Assembly: GCA_964415275.1 (NCBI GenBank)
Contig: CAYPZF010000002.1
Span: forward strand, 1-28,219
Direction of reading: 5' to 3'
DNA: 28,219 bases
Source: an uncultured Oscillospiraceae bacterium
Lineage (GTDB): Bacteria; Bacillota; Clostridia; Oscillospirales; Oscillospiraceae
Under the pieces are notes generated by a model. The model had not been told where the DNA came from. It searched no databases and worked only from the letters and a program-made list of their open reading frames with translations. Shown here piece after piece: positions 8,377-16,314 of this stretch (the stretch's first letter is position 1; each line of letters opens with the position of its first letter). A program made the translations under genes and the position numbers.

Positions 8377-9180
8377 TTACAGCTTATAAAATTCTGGCGT
8401 CCGGTCGTGGTAGACCGCCACATACCGGAAGCCAAGATCCTCCAGCAGCGCGTAGGCCTCGGCCACGCCGCCGCCCACGCTCTCGGGGCGGTGGGCATCG
8501 GACCCCACCGTGATGATTTCGCCGCCCACCTCTTTGTAGAGCGCCAGCAGCGCCCGCCAGGGCGCCACGCCCTTGCCCCGGAAGGTGTTCAGCTCTATGC
8601 CCCGGCCGTGCTCCGCCACGGTGCGCAGGATGGCCCGGATGCGGGCGTGGTAGGGGGCCAGGGATATCGTCTGCCCGTCCCGCTCCATGTACCGCAGGGG
8701 GTAGTTGATGTGGCCCAGCACATCGTACACGTCCAGGGGCGCCAAGGCCTCCATGGAGGTAAAGTAGTCGTCCAGGGTGGCGTGACAGAGGGCCGGGTCG
8801 TGATACGTCCCGTAGTAGAACTCCCCGCCGCCCGCCGCCTCGCTGCGGTTGTGGATGGAGCCGATGACAAAGTCCAGGCCGGGCTGGGCCAGGATGCGCC
8901 GGGCGGCGGGCGGGTCGATCTGAGCCATGCCCAGCTCCACCCCGAGGGGCAGGTCGAGCCGCGTGCCGTACCGGGCGAGCATCGCCTCCCGGTCGGCCAG
9001 GACGGGGGTCCAGTCGTACTGGAGGGTGCGGGCGCTCCCGTCCGTGGCGAGGAGGTCACAGTGGTCGGTGAGGGTAAGGGCGGCCATGCCGGCGGCAAGG
9101 GCGGCCCGGGCCATTTCGGTCATGGGGACGAACCCATCCGGCGAGACGCGGGAGTGGGCGTGGGAGTCGGTCAGATACAT
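8377..9180 (-). CDS. PHP-domain phosphatase, histidinol-phosphatase HisJ/HisK family
   Basis: DSHAHS, TDH.D, GVE.G, DFVIGSIH, LGHINY, IELNT and GSDAH. Confidence 0.85.
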   Translation of the reverse strand: MYLTDSHAHSRVSPDGFVPMTEMARAALAAGMAALTLTDHCDLLATDGSARTLQYDWTPVLADREAMLARYGTRLDLPLGVELGMAQIDPPAARRILAQPGLDFVIGSIHNRSEAAGGGEFYYGTYHDPALCHATLDDYFTSMEALAPLDVYDVLGHINYPLRYMERDGQTISLAPYHARIRAILRTVAEHGRGIELNTFRGKGVAPWRALLALYKEVGGEIITVGSDAHRPESVGGGVAEAYALLEDLGFRYVAVYHDRTPEFYKL

Positions 9181-9198
9181 ATAGGCGCTCCTTGTGTG

Positions 9199-11106
9199 TT
9201 AAAGTGGCCAGGAAGGCAGCCATCGGAGAATACAGGTCGAAAACCCCGCCGGGATGGGGATGCCGATGAGCACCGGGTAGAACAGGCCGTAGAGCCCCGC
9301 GTTGAGACCCGTGACGCCGTAAACCGGCAGACGCCAGCGGCCTTGGGGCCGCTCCATCAGATCGTTCATCAGGCTGGCGATGCCCAGCGCCAGAAAGAGC
9401 GTGGCGGGAAAGTAGTGGTAGGCGAAGGTGGGGCGGCTGATGGGCAGCCAGGGCAGCAGCTGGGCCAGATAGCCCACCAGAAGGAACAGCGCGGTGCCGG
9501 AGCGAAACCGCACGGCCTTGATGGCCATGGCCCCCATGCACAGCAGGCCCAGCCAGCTCACCACCGGGTTGTTGAAGGCGGCGAAGGCGGACTTGAGACC
9601 GGCGGCGGTGTGCTCACGGTAGTACAGAATGGGGCGGAGGTCCAGCATCCACTGCCACCACTTGGAGGCGTACGGGTGGGTGGCGTCCACCCCCCTGTGG
9701 TAGGTGAACATGAACTTCTGGTTCTCCCACACGATAGTGAGCAGGTTGGACAGGCTGGTGTCCCCCCTGGCCTGGGCGTAGGGGAGGTAGGCGACCACAT
9801 AGACGCACAGGGGGAGGACCACGAAGGCCAGGACGGAGAACAGGACGGTCTTTCCCGCCCAGGAGGCGAAGGTGGGGCCCGTCAGCTCCCCGGGCCAGTC
9901 ACGGCGCTTCTGCCACAGGTTGACAGCGTAGAGGACGGCCATGCCCGCGCCGCCGTAGAGCACCGTCCACTTACAGGCCGCGCCGAGACCGAACATCAGC
10001 CCCGAGAGCAGAAGGGAGGGCGCGCACCGGCGAAACGGCGTGCCGGCGGGCAGGGACAAAAACCGCCACAGGAAAAAATACATGGCCAGCGTAAAAAAGA
10101 CCGCGTAGGTGTCAATGGTGGCGATGCGGGTCTGGGTCAGGTGCATGAAGTCGAAGGCGAACAGGCTGGTCCCGCACAGGGCCAGGGGGGTCTTTCCAAA
10201 GAGGTTCTTGAGAAAGAGGTAGAGCAGTGGCAGCATCAGCACCCCAAAGAGGGTCCCCACAAAGCGCCAGCCAAAGGGAGTCATGCCAAACGCCCGGATG
10301 CCCAGGCCGATGAGCAGCTTCCCCAGGGGCGGGTGGGAGACCTCGTAGGGGTAGACCCCCCGGATATGCTCATAGGCGGTGCGGGCGTGGTAGATCTCGT
10401 CAAAATAGGAGGAGGTGAGATAGGAGCGCTCCGCCGGGATGACCTCCTGCTCGTCGAACAGGGCGTCCGCCCCGGCAACCCCGATGCCGCCCGGCGAGAG
10501 GTCCAAAAGGGCGGGCTGTGTCCCGCCGTCCGCCGTTCCGTACAGGGCCAGCTCGCCCAGCTCCAGACTGTCCTTTAGCGCGGTGAGACGGAGGTACCGC
10601 GCCCGCATGGGGGTGAGGGGGGTCTTGTCCTCCCCCTCCAGGGTCTGCCACTTAAAGAGGGTGGCGTAGGTCTGCCGGATTCTGGGCAGGGCCTGCCAGG
10701 TTTGTCCGTCGGCGGAGGCCTCCAGCGTGTATTCGCCGGTCCCCAGGCCGGTGTAGTAGGTCACGCCGGTGAGGGTGACCTCCCGGTCCAGGGAGACGGT
10801 CACCTCAGACACATCGGCAAAGCTCTGGAAGGACTGGGGCGCGGCGCGCGCCCCCAGGCCCCAGAACGCGGAGAAGGCATACACCGCGGTGAGGAGGAGC
10901 AGGGGCAGCGCATCCCTCCGCTCCATGGGGTGGCGGGCGGCGGCAAAGCTCATCCGGGGGCTGATTACCCACTGCCGCACCCGCTCCAGCGCGGTAGGAC
11001 GGCACATGAGCTCGGACCACCAGTGGCTGAAAAATAAAAGCGCCACCGTAGCGGCCGCCAGGGGAAAGAGCAGGGTAGGGGTAATGTAAGCCGCGATTGC
11101 CTGCAT
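9199..11106 (-). CDS. GT-C (PMT/GT39-like) lipid-carrier-dependent glycosyltransferase with an inserted discoidin/F5-8-like domain
   Basis: YFDEIYH, HPPLGK, FGWR, RIATIDT, KW, HPYAS.WWQW and YHYFP motifs with many TM segments. A soluble beta-rich segment (YTLEASADGQTW...ARYLRL...LELGELALY) precedes the DE motif. Start at ATG 11106 after GAGGTG. Confidence 0.8.
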   Translation of the reverse strand: MQAIAAYITPTLLFPLAAATVALLFFSHWWSELMCRPTALERVRQWVISPRMSFAAARHPMERRDALPLLLLTAVYAFSAFWGLGARAAPQSFQSFADVSEVTVSLDREVTLTGVTYYTGLGTGEYTLEASADGQTWQALPRIRQTYATLFKWQTLEGEDKTPLTPMRARYLRLTALKDSLELGELALYGTADGGTQPALLDLSPGGIGVAGADALFDEQEVIPAERSYLTSSYFDEIYHARTAYEHIRGVYPYEVSHPPLGKLLIGLGIRAFGMTPFGWRFVGTLFGVLMLPLLYLFLKNLFGKTPLALCGTSLFAFDFMHLTQTRIATIDTYAVFFTLAMYFFLWRFLSLPAGTPFRRCAPSLLLSGLMFGLGAACKWTVLYGGAGMAVLYAVNLWQKRRDWPGELTGPTFASWAGKTVLFSVLAFVVLPLCVYVVAYLPYAQARGDTSLSNLLTIVWENQKFMFTYHRGVDATHPYASKWWQWMLDLRPILYYREHTAAGLKSAFAAFNNPVVSWLGLLCMGAMAIKAVRFRSGTALFLLVGYLAQLLPWLPISRPTFAYHYFPATLFLALGIASLMNDLMERPQGRWRLPVYGVTGLNAGLYGLFYPVLIGIPIPAGFSTCILRWLPSWPL

Positions 11107-11132
11107 GACACACCTCACAGCAAATAGTAAAA

Positions 11133-11159
11133 GGGACGTACCGGATTATAGTACGTCCC
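11133..11159 (-). terminator. Hairpin followed by TTTT on the - strand; probable terminator of ssb
   Basis: GGGACGTAC-N9-GTACGTCCC is a perfect 9-bp stem. On the - strand it is followed by TTTTACTATTT. Confidence 0.55.
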
Positions 11160-11161
11160 CT

Positions 11162-11190
11162 ATTCTATGTCTTTTTTTCCCGTTTGTCAA
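11162..11190 (-). promoter_or_regulatory. Sigma-A promoter for the PMT-like gene
   Basis: TTGACA (11190-11185), 17 nt spacer, TAGAAT (11167-11162). The -35 box overlaps the ssb stop codon. Confidence 0.7.
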
Positions 11191-11789
11191 AGGGCGAATC
11201 GCATCACCGAAACCTCAAAGGCGGTGCGGGTTTCACTGCGCCCGTCCACCAGCTTGCGGTACTCCCGGCTCTGAAGGCGGCCCTCCAGGCGGATCAGCTC
11301 TCCCACCTCCAGCGCGCCGCAGGCGGAGGCCACGCTCCCCCAGGCGATACAGGGGAGATAGTCGGTTCGTCCGTACCGCCGGTTGACGGCCAGCAGGAGG
11401 TCGCAGATGTCCCGGCCCAGGGGCGTACGCCGGAGAATGGGTGCCTTGCACAGGGCGCCGGCCAGCAGCACCTGGTTGAGCGGCTCCCCCATTCCGGGCT
11501 CCAGGCTGCGGGTAAAAAAGGTGATCACCAGACGGTTGCCGGAGCCGCCCTTATTGTTAAACGAGCGCACCTCTCCCTCCGCCTGGACCCAGTCGCCGGG
11601 GGAGAGCGGACACATCGCCATCAGCTGGGCGGGGGCCACAACGTTAAGTATGTCCTCCGTCCCTGAGAGCCGGGGCACCGCCAGGGGGAAGACAAGGTAA
11701 TCCTCCCCATGGTTTTGATGGGAAAAGACAGGTGCCTCCGCCACCCGCCCCCGCAGCATCGCCCGGTTTTCATGCTCCTCGCTCCGCAT
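11187..11789 (-). CDS. Single-stranded DNA-binding protein paralog with two tandem OB folds
   Basis: The second half has SSB motifs (RRTPLGR.ICDLLLAVNR.YG.TDY.PCIAWG, GRLQSREY, TAFEVSV). The first half is a divergent repeat (RLSGTED, GEVRSFN). Confidence 0.8.
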   Translation of the reverse strand: MRSEEHENRAMLRGRVAEAPVFSHQNHGEDYLVFPLAVPRLSGTEDILNVVAPAQLMAMCPLSPGDWVQAEGEVRSFNNKGGSGNRLVITFFTRSLEPGMGEPLNQVLLAGALCKAPILRRTPLGRDICDLLLAVNRRYGRTDYLPCIAWGSVASACGALEVGELIRLEGRLQSREYRKLVDGRSETRTAFEVSVMRFAL

Positions 11790-11883
11790 CTTCTCACGCT
11801 CCTATCCTTCTCGTATGGAGCACTATATGCGGGCGTGTCCCAAAAAAGAACCGGCGCGGCGGGGGCAGGGCTTCTGTCCGGCG

Positions 11884-13131
11884 CTACTGCAGCAGGGCGC
11901 GGTATCCGTCCTCCCCGCCCACACGGCCCACCGCCGACAGAGACGCCTGGGAGAGCTCGAACATCTGGCGGGCCAGGGTCAGGACCTCGTCCCGGGTCAC
12001 GGCGTCATAGGCGTGAATGATCTCGTCCGGCGAGAGCACCTGCCCGGTGAGGATGGTGGAGCGGCCCAGGTAGCTCATGCGGGCCTGGGTGGACTCCAGC
12101 CCCATGAGGACGTTGGCCTTGGACTGCTCCCGGGCACGGTCCAGCTCCTCCTGGGTGGGGCCGTGGGCGGCAAACTCCCGCACCACCCGGGCGATGGTGC
12201 CCAGGGCCTCTCCCTCGGTCTCCTTCCCCAGGGCGGTGTAGATGGAGAAGAGACCGGTCTCGGCATGGCCCGCGCCGTAGGCGTAGATGCTGTAACAGAG
12301 GCCGCGGCGCTCCCGCACCTCCTGGAACAGCCGGGAGGACATCCCGCCGCCCAGAATGGTCGTGAGGAGCTGGAGGGCAAACCGGCGGCCATCCCCGTAG
12401 GGCAGGCCGGGAAAGGCCAGCGCCAGATGGTTTTGCTCCGTGGCCTTCTTTTTGAGGGTAAAGGCGGGCTTGTAAACCGCGGGCCTGGGGGCGGGGACGG
12501 CACCGCCGTCCAAGGTGAGCAGCCGCGCCTTCAGCGCCTCCACCACCGCGCTGTCAAAGCTGCCCGCCAGGGTTACGATGAGGTCGTCGCCGCCGTAATG
12601 GGCCCTTTGATAGGCCCGCAGGCACGCCCCCGTCATGGCGGACAGGGTGGCAGGCCTGCCTAAGATGGGGCGGGCCAGGGCGCTGCCCCGGTAGACGGCG
12701 GCGAAGAGCCGCTCCGCGCACAGGTCCTCCGGACTGTCCCGGTACATGCCGATCTCCTCTAATATGACCCCCCGCTCGGTGGCCACGTCGGCCTCGTCGA
12801 ACTTAGAGGCGAACACCATATCCCACAAGATGTCCATGGCCTGCTCCAGGTGGATATCCAGAGCGCGGGCGTAGAAGCAGGTGTGCTCCTTGGTGGTATA
12901 GGCGTTAATCTGACCGCCGATGGCGTCGGTCTCCTGGGCGATCTGGGCGGCGGTGCGCCGGTGGGTGCCCTTAAAGACCATGTGCTCGATAAAATGGGCG
13001 GCGCCGCTCTCCGACGCCTTTTCATGGCGGGAGCCGGTGGCAACCCAAAACCCCAGGGCGGCGGAGCGCACGCCGGGGATGTGTTCGGTGAGCAGGCGCA
13101 CACCGTTTGGGAGGGTGGTCTCTTCGTACAT
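11884..13131 (-). CDS. M16 (pitrilysin/insulinase) family zinc peptidase
   Basis: HFIEHMVFKGT (HxxEH), NAYT.KEHTCF, ERGVILEE and GGGMSSRLFQEVRE.RGL. Start at ATG 13131 after AGAGGT. Confidence 0.92.
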   Translation of the reverse strand: MYEETTLPNGVRLLTEHIPGVRSAALGFWVATGSRHEKASESGAAHFIEHMVFKGTHRRTAAQIAQETDAIGGQINAYTTKEHTCFYARALDIHLEQAMDILWDMVFASKFDEADVATERGVILEEIGMYRDSPEDLCAERLFAAVYRGSALARPILGRPATLSAMTGACLRAYQRAHYGGDDLIVTLAGSFDSAVVEALKARLLTLDGGAVPAPRPAVYKPAFTLKKKATEQNHLALAFPGLPYGDGRRFALQLLTTILGGGMSSRLFQEVRERRGLCYSIYAYGAGHAETGLFSIYTALGKETEGEALGTIARVVREFAAHGPTQEELDRAREQSKANVLMGLESTQARMSYLGRSTILTGQVLSPDEIIHAYDAVTRDEVLTLARQMFELSQASLSAVGRVGGEDGYRALLQ

Positions 13132-13180
13132 AGCTACCTCTTGCGTTTCTGATTTAATGATGGGGCGGTACATCCGGGGG

Positions 13181-15526
13181 CTAGGGCGTGACGGTGGTGC
13201 CCAGGGCCTTTTGGGCGATGGCCTCCAGCAGCAGGGCGTGCTCCACCCGGCCGTCCAGCACCACCACGGTGCCCACCCCATGGGCCACGGCATGGACACA
13301 CCCCTTCACCTTGGGCACCATGCCCCCCGCGATGAGCCCGGCGTCCAGCAGCTCCCTGGCCCGGGCCTGGTCCATGTGGGGAATGCGGGTGGCCTGATTG
13401 TGGTGGTCCACCAGAATGCCGTTGGTGTCGGTGAGAAAGACCAGCTTGTGGGCGGCCATTGCCTCGGCCACGGCCCGGGCCGCGTCGTCGGCGTTGCAGT
13501 TGAGGCCGCCCTCCGGCCCCAGGGCGATGGGGGAAACTACGGGCAAGAAGCCGTTGTCCAGCAGGGTGTGGAGCACCTTGGTGTCCACCCCGGTGATCTC
13601 TCCCACCCGGCCCAAGGCCGGGTCCTTGCAGCGGGCGGTGAGCCCCACGGCGGAGACCCCCAGGGTGCCCAGGGCGGCCACGATGCCCTTGTTCACCTGG
13701 GCGGAGAGAACCATCTCAGCGCAGTCCAGGACGGTCTCGTCGGTGACCCGATAGCCGTCCACAAAGGCGGTTTCCACCCCCAGCCTGTCCAGCAGGGCGG
13801 AGATGTCCTTGCCGCCGCCGTGGACCAGCACCACCCGGGCGCCCACCTGGTGCAGGGCGGCCACGTCCCGCAAGATGCTGTCCGCCGCGCCGGAGGGCCC
13901 CAGGGCGCTGCCGCCGTACTTGAGGACAAGGGTCTTGCCGGTGTACCCCCGCAGGACGGGCAGCACATCCAGAAACCCCCGCACCTTCTCCATGCCGTCC
14001 AGCCCGTGGGCGACGTCGTACGCGTGGAGAAAGGTCTTTGTATATTCTACATCGGAAGGACACTCGATATACACAAGGCCCCGCTTTTGTCGGGTCTCGG
14101 CCCCCTTGCCGGTGATGAGGACAACGGTGGGAGTCTCACAGCCCAGGATGGCCTGGCGGATGGCCTGGCCCCGGTGGGGCTGAATGGAGTAGTCGCAGCC
14201 CTCGGCCTCCACCCAGGCGGCAATCTCCCGGCAGATGGCCTCGGTGTCCTCCTCCCCCGAGTCCTCCTCGGTGAGGATGACCAGGTCGGAGTATCGGCCC
14301 GAAATCTCCCCCAGGTCCCGCCGGCGGTCCAGGGCCTTTTTGCCGGGGCAGCCAAAGACGGTGACGATGCGGCGGCCAGGGTACTCCTCTAGCGTGGACT
14401 GAAACAGCTTCTCAAAGGAGAGCCGGTTGTGGGCGTAGTCTACAATGGCGATGACCCGGTCGTCGGCGTTGGTGTAAATCTCCATTCGGCCGGGCACCCG
14501 TGCCTTCATGAGCCCCACGTAGATGGCCTGCTCCGGGATGCCCAGCCCCTCGCACACGGCGATGGCGGCCAGGGCGTTCTGCACATTGAAGAGGCCGGGC
14601 ATGGTGAGCCGGAATTCCCGGCTGTACCGCAGGGTCTTGACCCGGAAGAGGATGTCGTTGCCGCTCTTGCGCACGTTGGAGCCGTACACCGTGGCGCCCG
14701 GGTCGGTCTGGGAGAAGGTAATCACCCGGGGGCAGCGGCGGGCGGCCGCCAGCACCCGGTCGGCGTGGTCGCTGTCCAGGTTGACGCAGGCCAGGCCGGT
14801 CTGCTGGAAAATTCGCAGCTTGGAGGCAAAATAGTCCTCAAAATCCGGGTGCTCAATGGGGGAGACGTGGTCGTACCCGATGTTCAAAAAGACGGCGGCG
14901 GCGAACTCCACGCCCAGGACCCGGCCGTACTTGAGGCCCTGACTGGAGACCTCCATGGTGAGGTATTCCATCCCCGCGGAGACGCCGTTGGCAAAATGAC
15001 GCGCCAGATCCAGGGGCTCCGGCGTGGTGAGGTGGCTCTCAAAGCGCTCCACCCCGTCGTAGGTGTCAATAGAGCCGATGACGCCGCTCTCGGCCTTCCC
15101 CGCGCCCGCGGCGTATTCGTCAAAGATATACTTGAGATAGTAGGAGGTGGAGGATTTGCCCTTGGTGCCGGTGACCCCCACCACATTAAGCCGGCCGCTG
15201 GGGTGGTTGTAGTAGAAGCCGGCCAGCAGGGCCATGGCCCTGCGCACGTCGTTGACCAGCAGACAGGGGGCCCCCCCGGCCTCGGGATACGGGTGGTCGG
15301 CCAGGTAGAAAAACGCGCCCTTGCGGAGAGCGTCGGCCAGATAGGCCCCCTTGAAGTGGGCCCCCTTGCAGATGAACAGGGTGCCGGGGACCACCTGCCG
15401 GGAGTCGCAGGAGACCAGCGTAACCGGGCGGGCCAGGTCGGCGGCCGGAGGGGCCCCGCCTGTGAGCAGGCCCTCCCGCAGCAGCAGCTGGTAGTAATCG
15501 CCCAGGGTATGATAGTTCTGGTCCAT
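13181..15526 (-). CDS. MurE-type UDP-MurNAc-tripeptide synthetase fused in frame to a C-terminal acetylglutamate kinase (ArgB) domain, 781 aa
   Basis: MurE part: DSRQV.PGTLF, VTGTKGKSS, TTPE, MEVSS, FLN...DH, PGRME, VDYAHN and LITGKG. ArgB part from about 13993: LKYGGS, VHGGG, GYRVTD, NADDAA, LTD, GGMVPKV and HALLLE. No stop lies between them. Start at ATG 15526 after AGAGGT. Confidence 0.9.
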   Translation of the reverse strand: MDQNYHTLGDYYQLLLREGLLTGGAPPAADLARPVTLVSCDSRQVVPGTLFICKGAHFKGAYLADALRKGAFFYLADHPYPEAGGAPCLLVNDVRRAMALLAGFYYNHPSGRLNVVGVTGTKGKSSTSYYLKYIFDEYAAGAGKAESGVIGSIDTYDGVERFESHLTTPEPLDLARHFANGVSAGMEYLTMEVSSQGLKYGRVLGVEFAAAVFLNIGYDHVSPIEHPDFEDYFASKLRIFQQTGLACVNLDSDHADRVLAAARRCPRVITFSQTDPGATVYGSNVRKSGNDILFRVKTLRYSREFRLTMPGLFNVQNALAAIAVCEGLGIPEQAIYVGLMKARVPGRMEIYTNADDRVIAIVDYAHNRLSFEKLFQSTLEEYPGRRIVTVFGCPGKKALDRRRDLGEISGRYSDLVILTEEDSGEEDTEAICREIAAWVEAEGCDYSIQPHRGQAIRQAILGCETPTVVLITGKGAETRQKRGLVYIECPSDVEYTKTFLHAYDVAHGLDGMEKVRGFLDVLPVLRGYTGKTLVLKYGGSALGPSGAADSILRDVAALHQVGARVVLVHGGGKDISALLDRLGVETAFVDGYRVTDETVLDCAEMVLSAQVNKGIVAALGTLGVSAVGLTARCKDPALGRVGEITGVDTKVLHTLLDNGFLPVVSPIALGPEGGLNCNADDAARAVAEAMAAHKLVFLTDTNGILVDHHNQATRIPHMDQARARELLDAGLIAGGMVPKVKGCVHAVAHGVGTVVVLDGRVEHALLLEAIAQKALGTTVTP

Positions 15527-15594
15527 AACTGCACCTCTCTTCCCGTGACAGACGGGGCGCTTGGCCGCCGGCCCCGCACCCCCTTGCCTGTGGC

Positions 15595-16305
15595 TCACAC
15601 TGTCCGCAGGCGTTTGCCGCAGAAGGTGATGGCCTTCTCCACCAGCACCTCCATGGCGTCGATGTAAAAATCGGGCAGACCGTGGTACACCCGGTAGACC
15701 GACAGCTCCGTGCAGCCCAGAATGGCGCTGTCACAGCCCTGGCTCCGCAGGCTGCGGTCGATGGCGGTGAACTTCTCCCGGCTGCCCTTTTCCCCTTTTT
15801 TAATCTCGTCATAGATGACGGCCATAATAAGGCGCTGGGTCTCCGGGTCGGGGGCCACGGGGGTGAGGCCCTGGGCCTGGCAGGCCCGCTGGTACACCCC
15901 GGTCTGGATGGTGCCGTCGGTGGCCAAAATGCCCACCCGGCGGCGGCCGCGGGCGGCCAGGGCCGCGGTGGCCTCCCGCACCATATTGAGAATCGGCACG
16001 TCCACCGCCGCCTGGAGCCTGTCCACAAAATAGTGGGAGGTGTTGCAGGGGATGGCGATGGCGGTGCAGCCGCAGCCGGCCAGAAGGTTAGCGTTGTCCA
16101 GCAGACGGCTGTAGACCACTTCGCCCCGGCCGCTCAAAATGTACTCCGTGCGGTCCGGCATCTCGGTGTCGCTCAAAATCAAGACGGGCAGGTGTTCCTG
16201 GTCGCGGGCGGCCTCGGTCCGGTCTAAAATCCGCTGGTAGAAGATCTGGGTGGCCTGGGGGCCCATGCCGCCGATGACGCCCAGCCGGGCGGTTGGCTCT
16301 GTCAT
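15595..16305 (-). CDS. Aspartate/glutamate racemase family protein, probably aspartate racemase (RacD-like)
   Basis: LGVIGGMGP.AT, DQEH, PDRT, and two catalytic Cys motifs (IPCNTSHYF, LGCTELS). Confidence 0.9.
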   Translation of the reverse strand: MTEPTARLGVIGGMGPQATQIFYQRILDRTEAARDQEHLPVLILSDTEMPDRTEYILSGRGEVVYSRLLDNANLLAGCGCTAIAIPCNTSHYFVDRLQAAVDVPILNMVREATAALAARGRRRVGILATDGTIQTGVYQRACQAQGLTPVAPDPETQRLIMAVIYDEIKKGEKGSREKFTAIDRSLRSQGCDSAILGCTELSVYRVYHGLPDFYIDAMEVLVEKAITFCGKRLRTV

Positions 16306-16314
16306 AACTGCTCC

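Noticed and set aside
8407-10578. 723-aa + strand ORF, and other long opposite-strand ORFs (12920-14392, 14429-15667, 16327-17556, 20575-22011, 22607-24070, 24079-25521)
   Set aside because: Each lies antisense to motif-supported genes, has no recognisable motif, and is the shadow frame expected from GC-rich codon usage.
11884-13131. M16 peptidase as a member of the peptidoglycan module
   Set aside because: It is co-oriented and only 49 nt downstream, but it is a common stand-alone housekeeping family with no known wall role. Adjacency alone is not enough.
13181-13993. argB as a separate gene starting at the internal ATG 13993
   Set aside because: It is in the same frame as MurE with no intervening stop and no convincing Shine-Dalgarno. 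An internal start cannot be fully excluded without proteomics.
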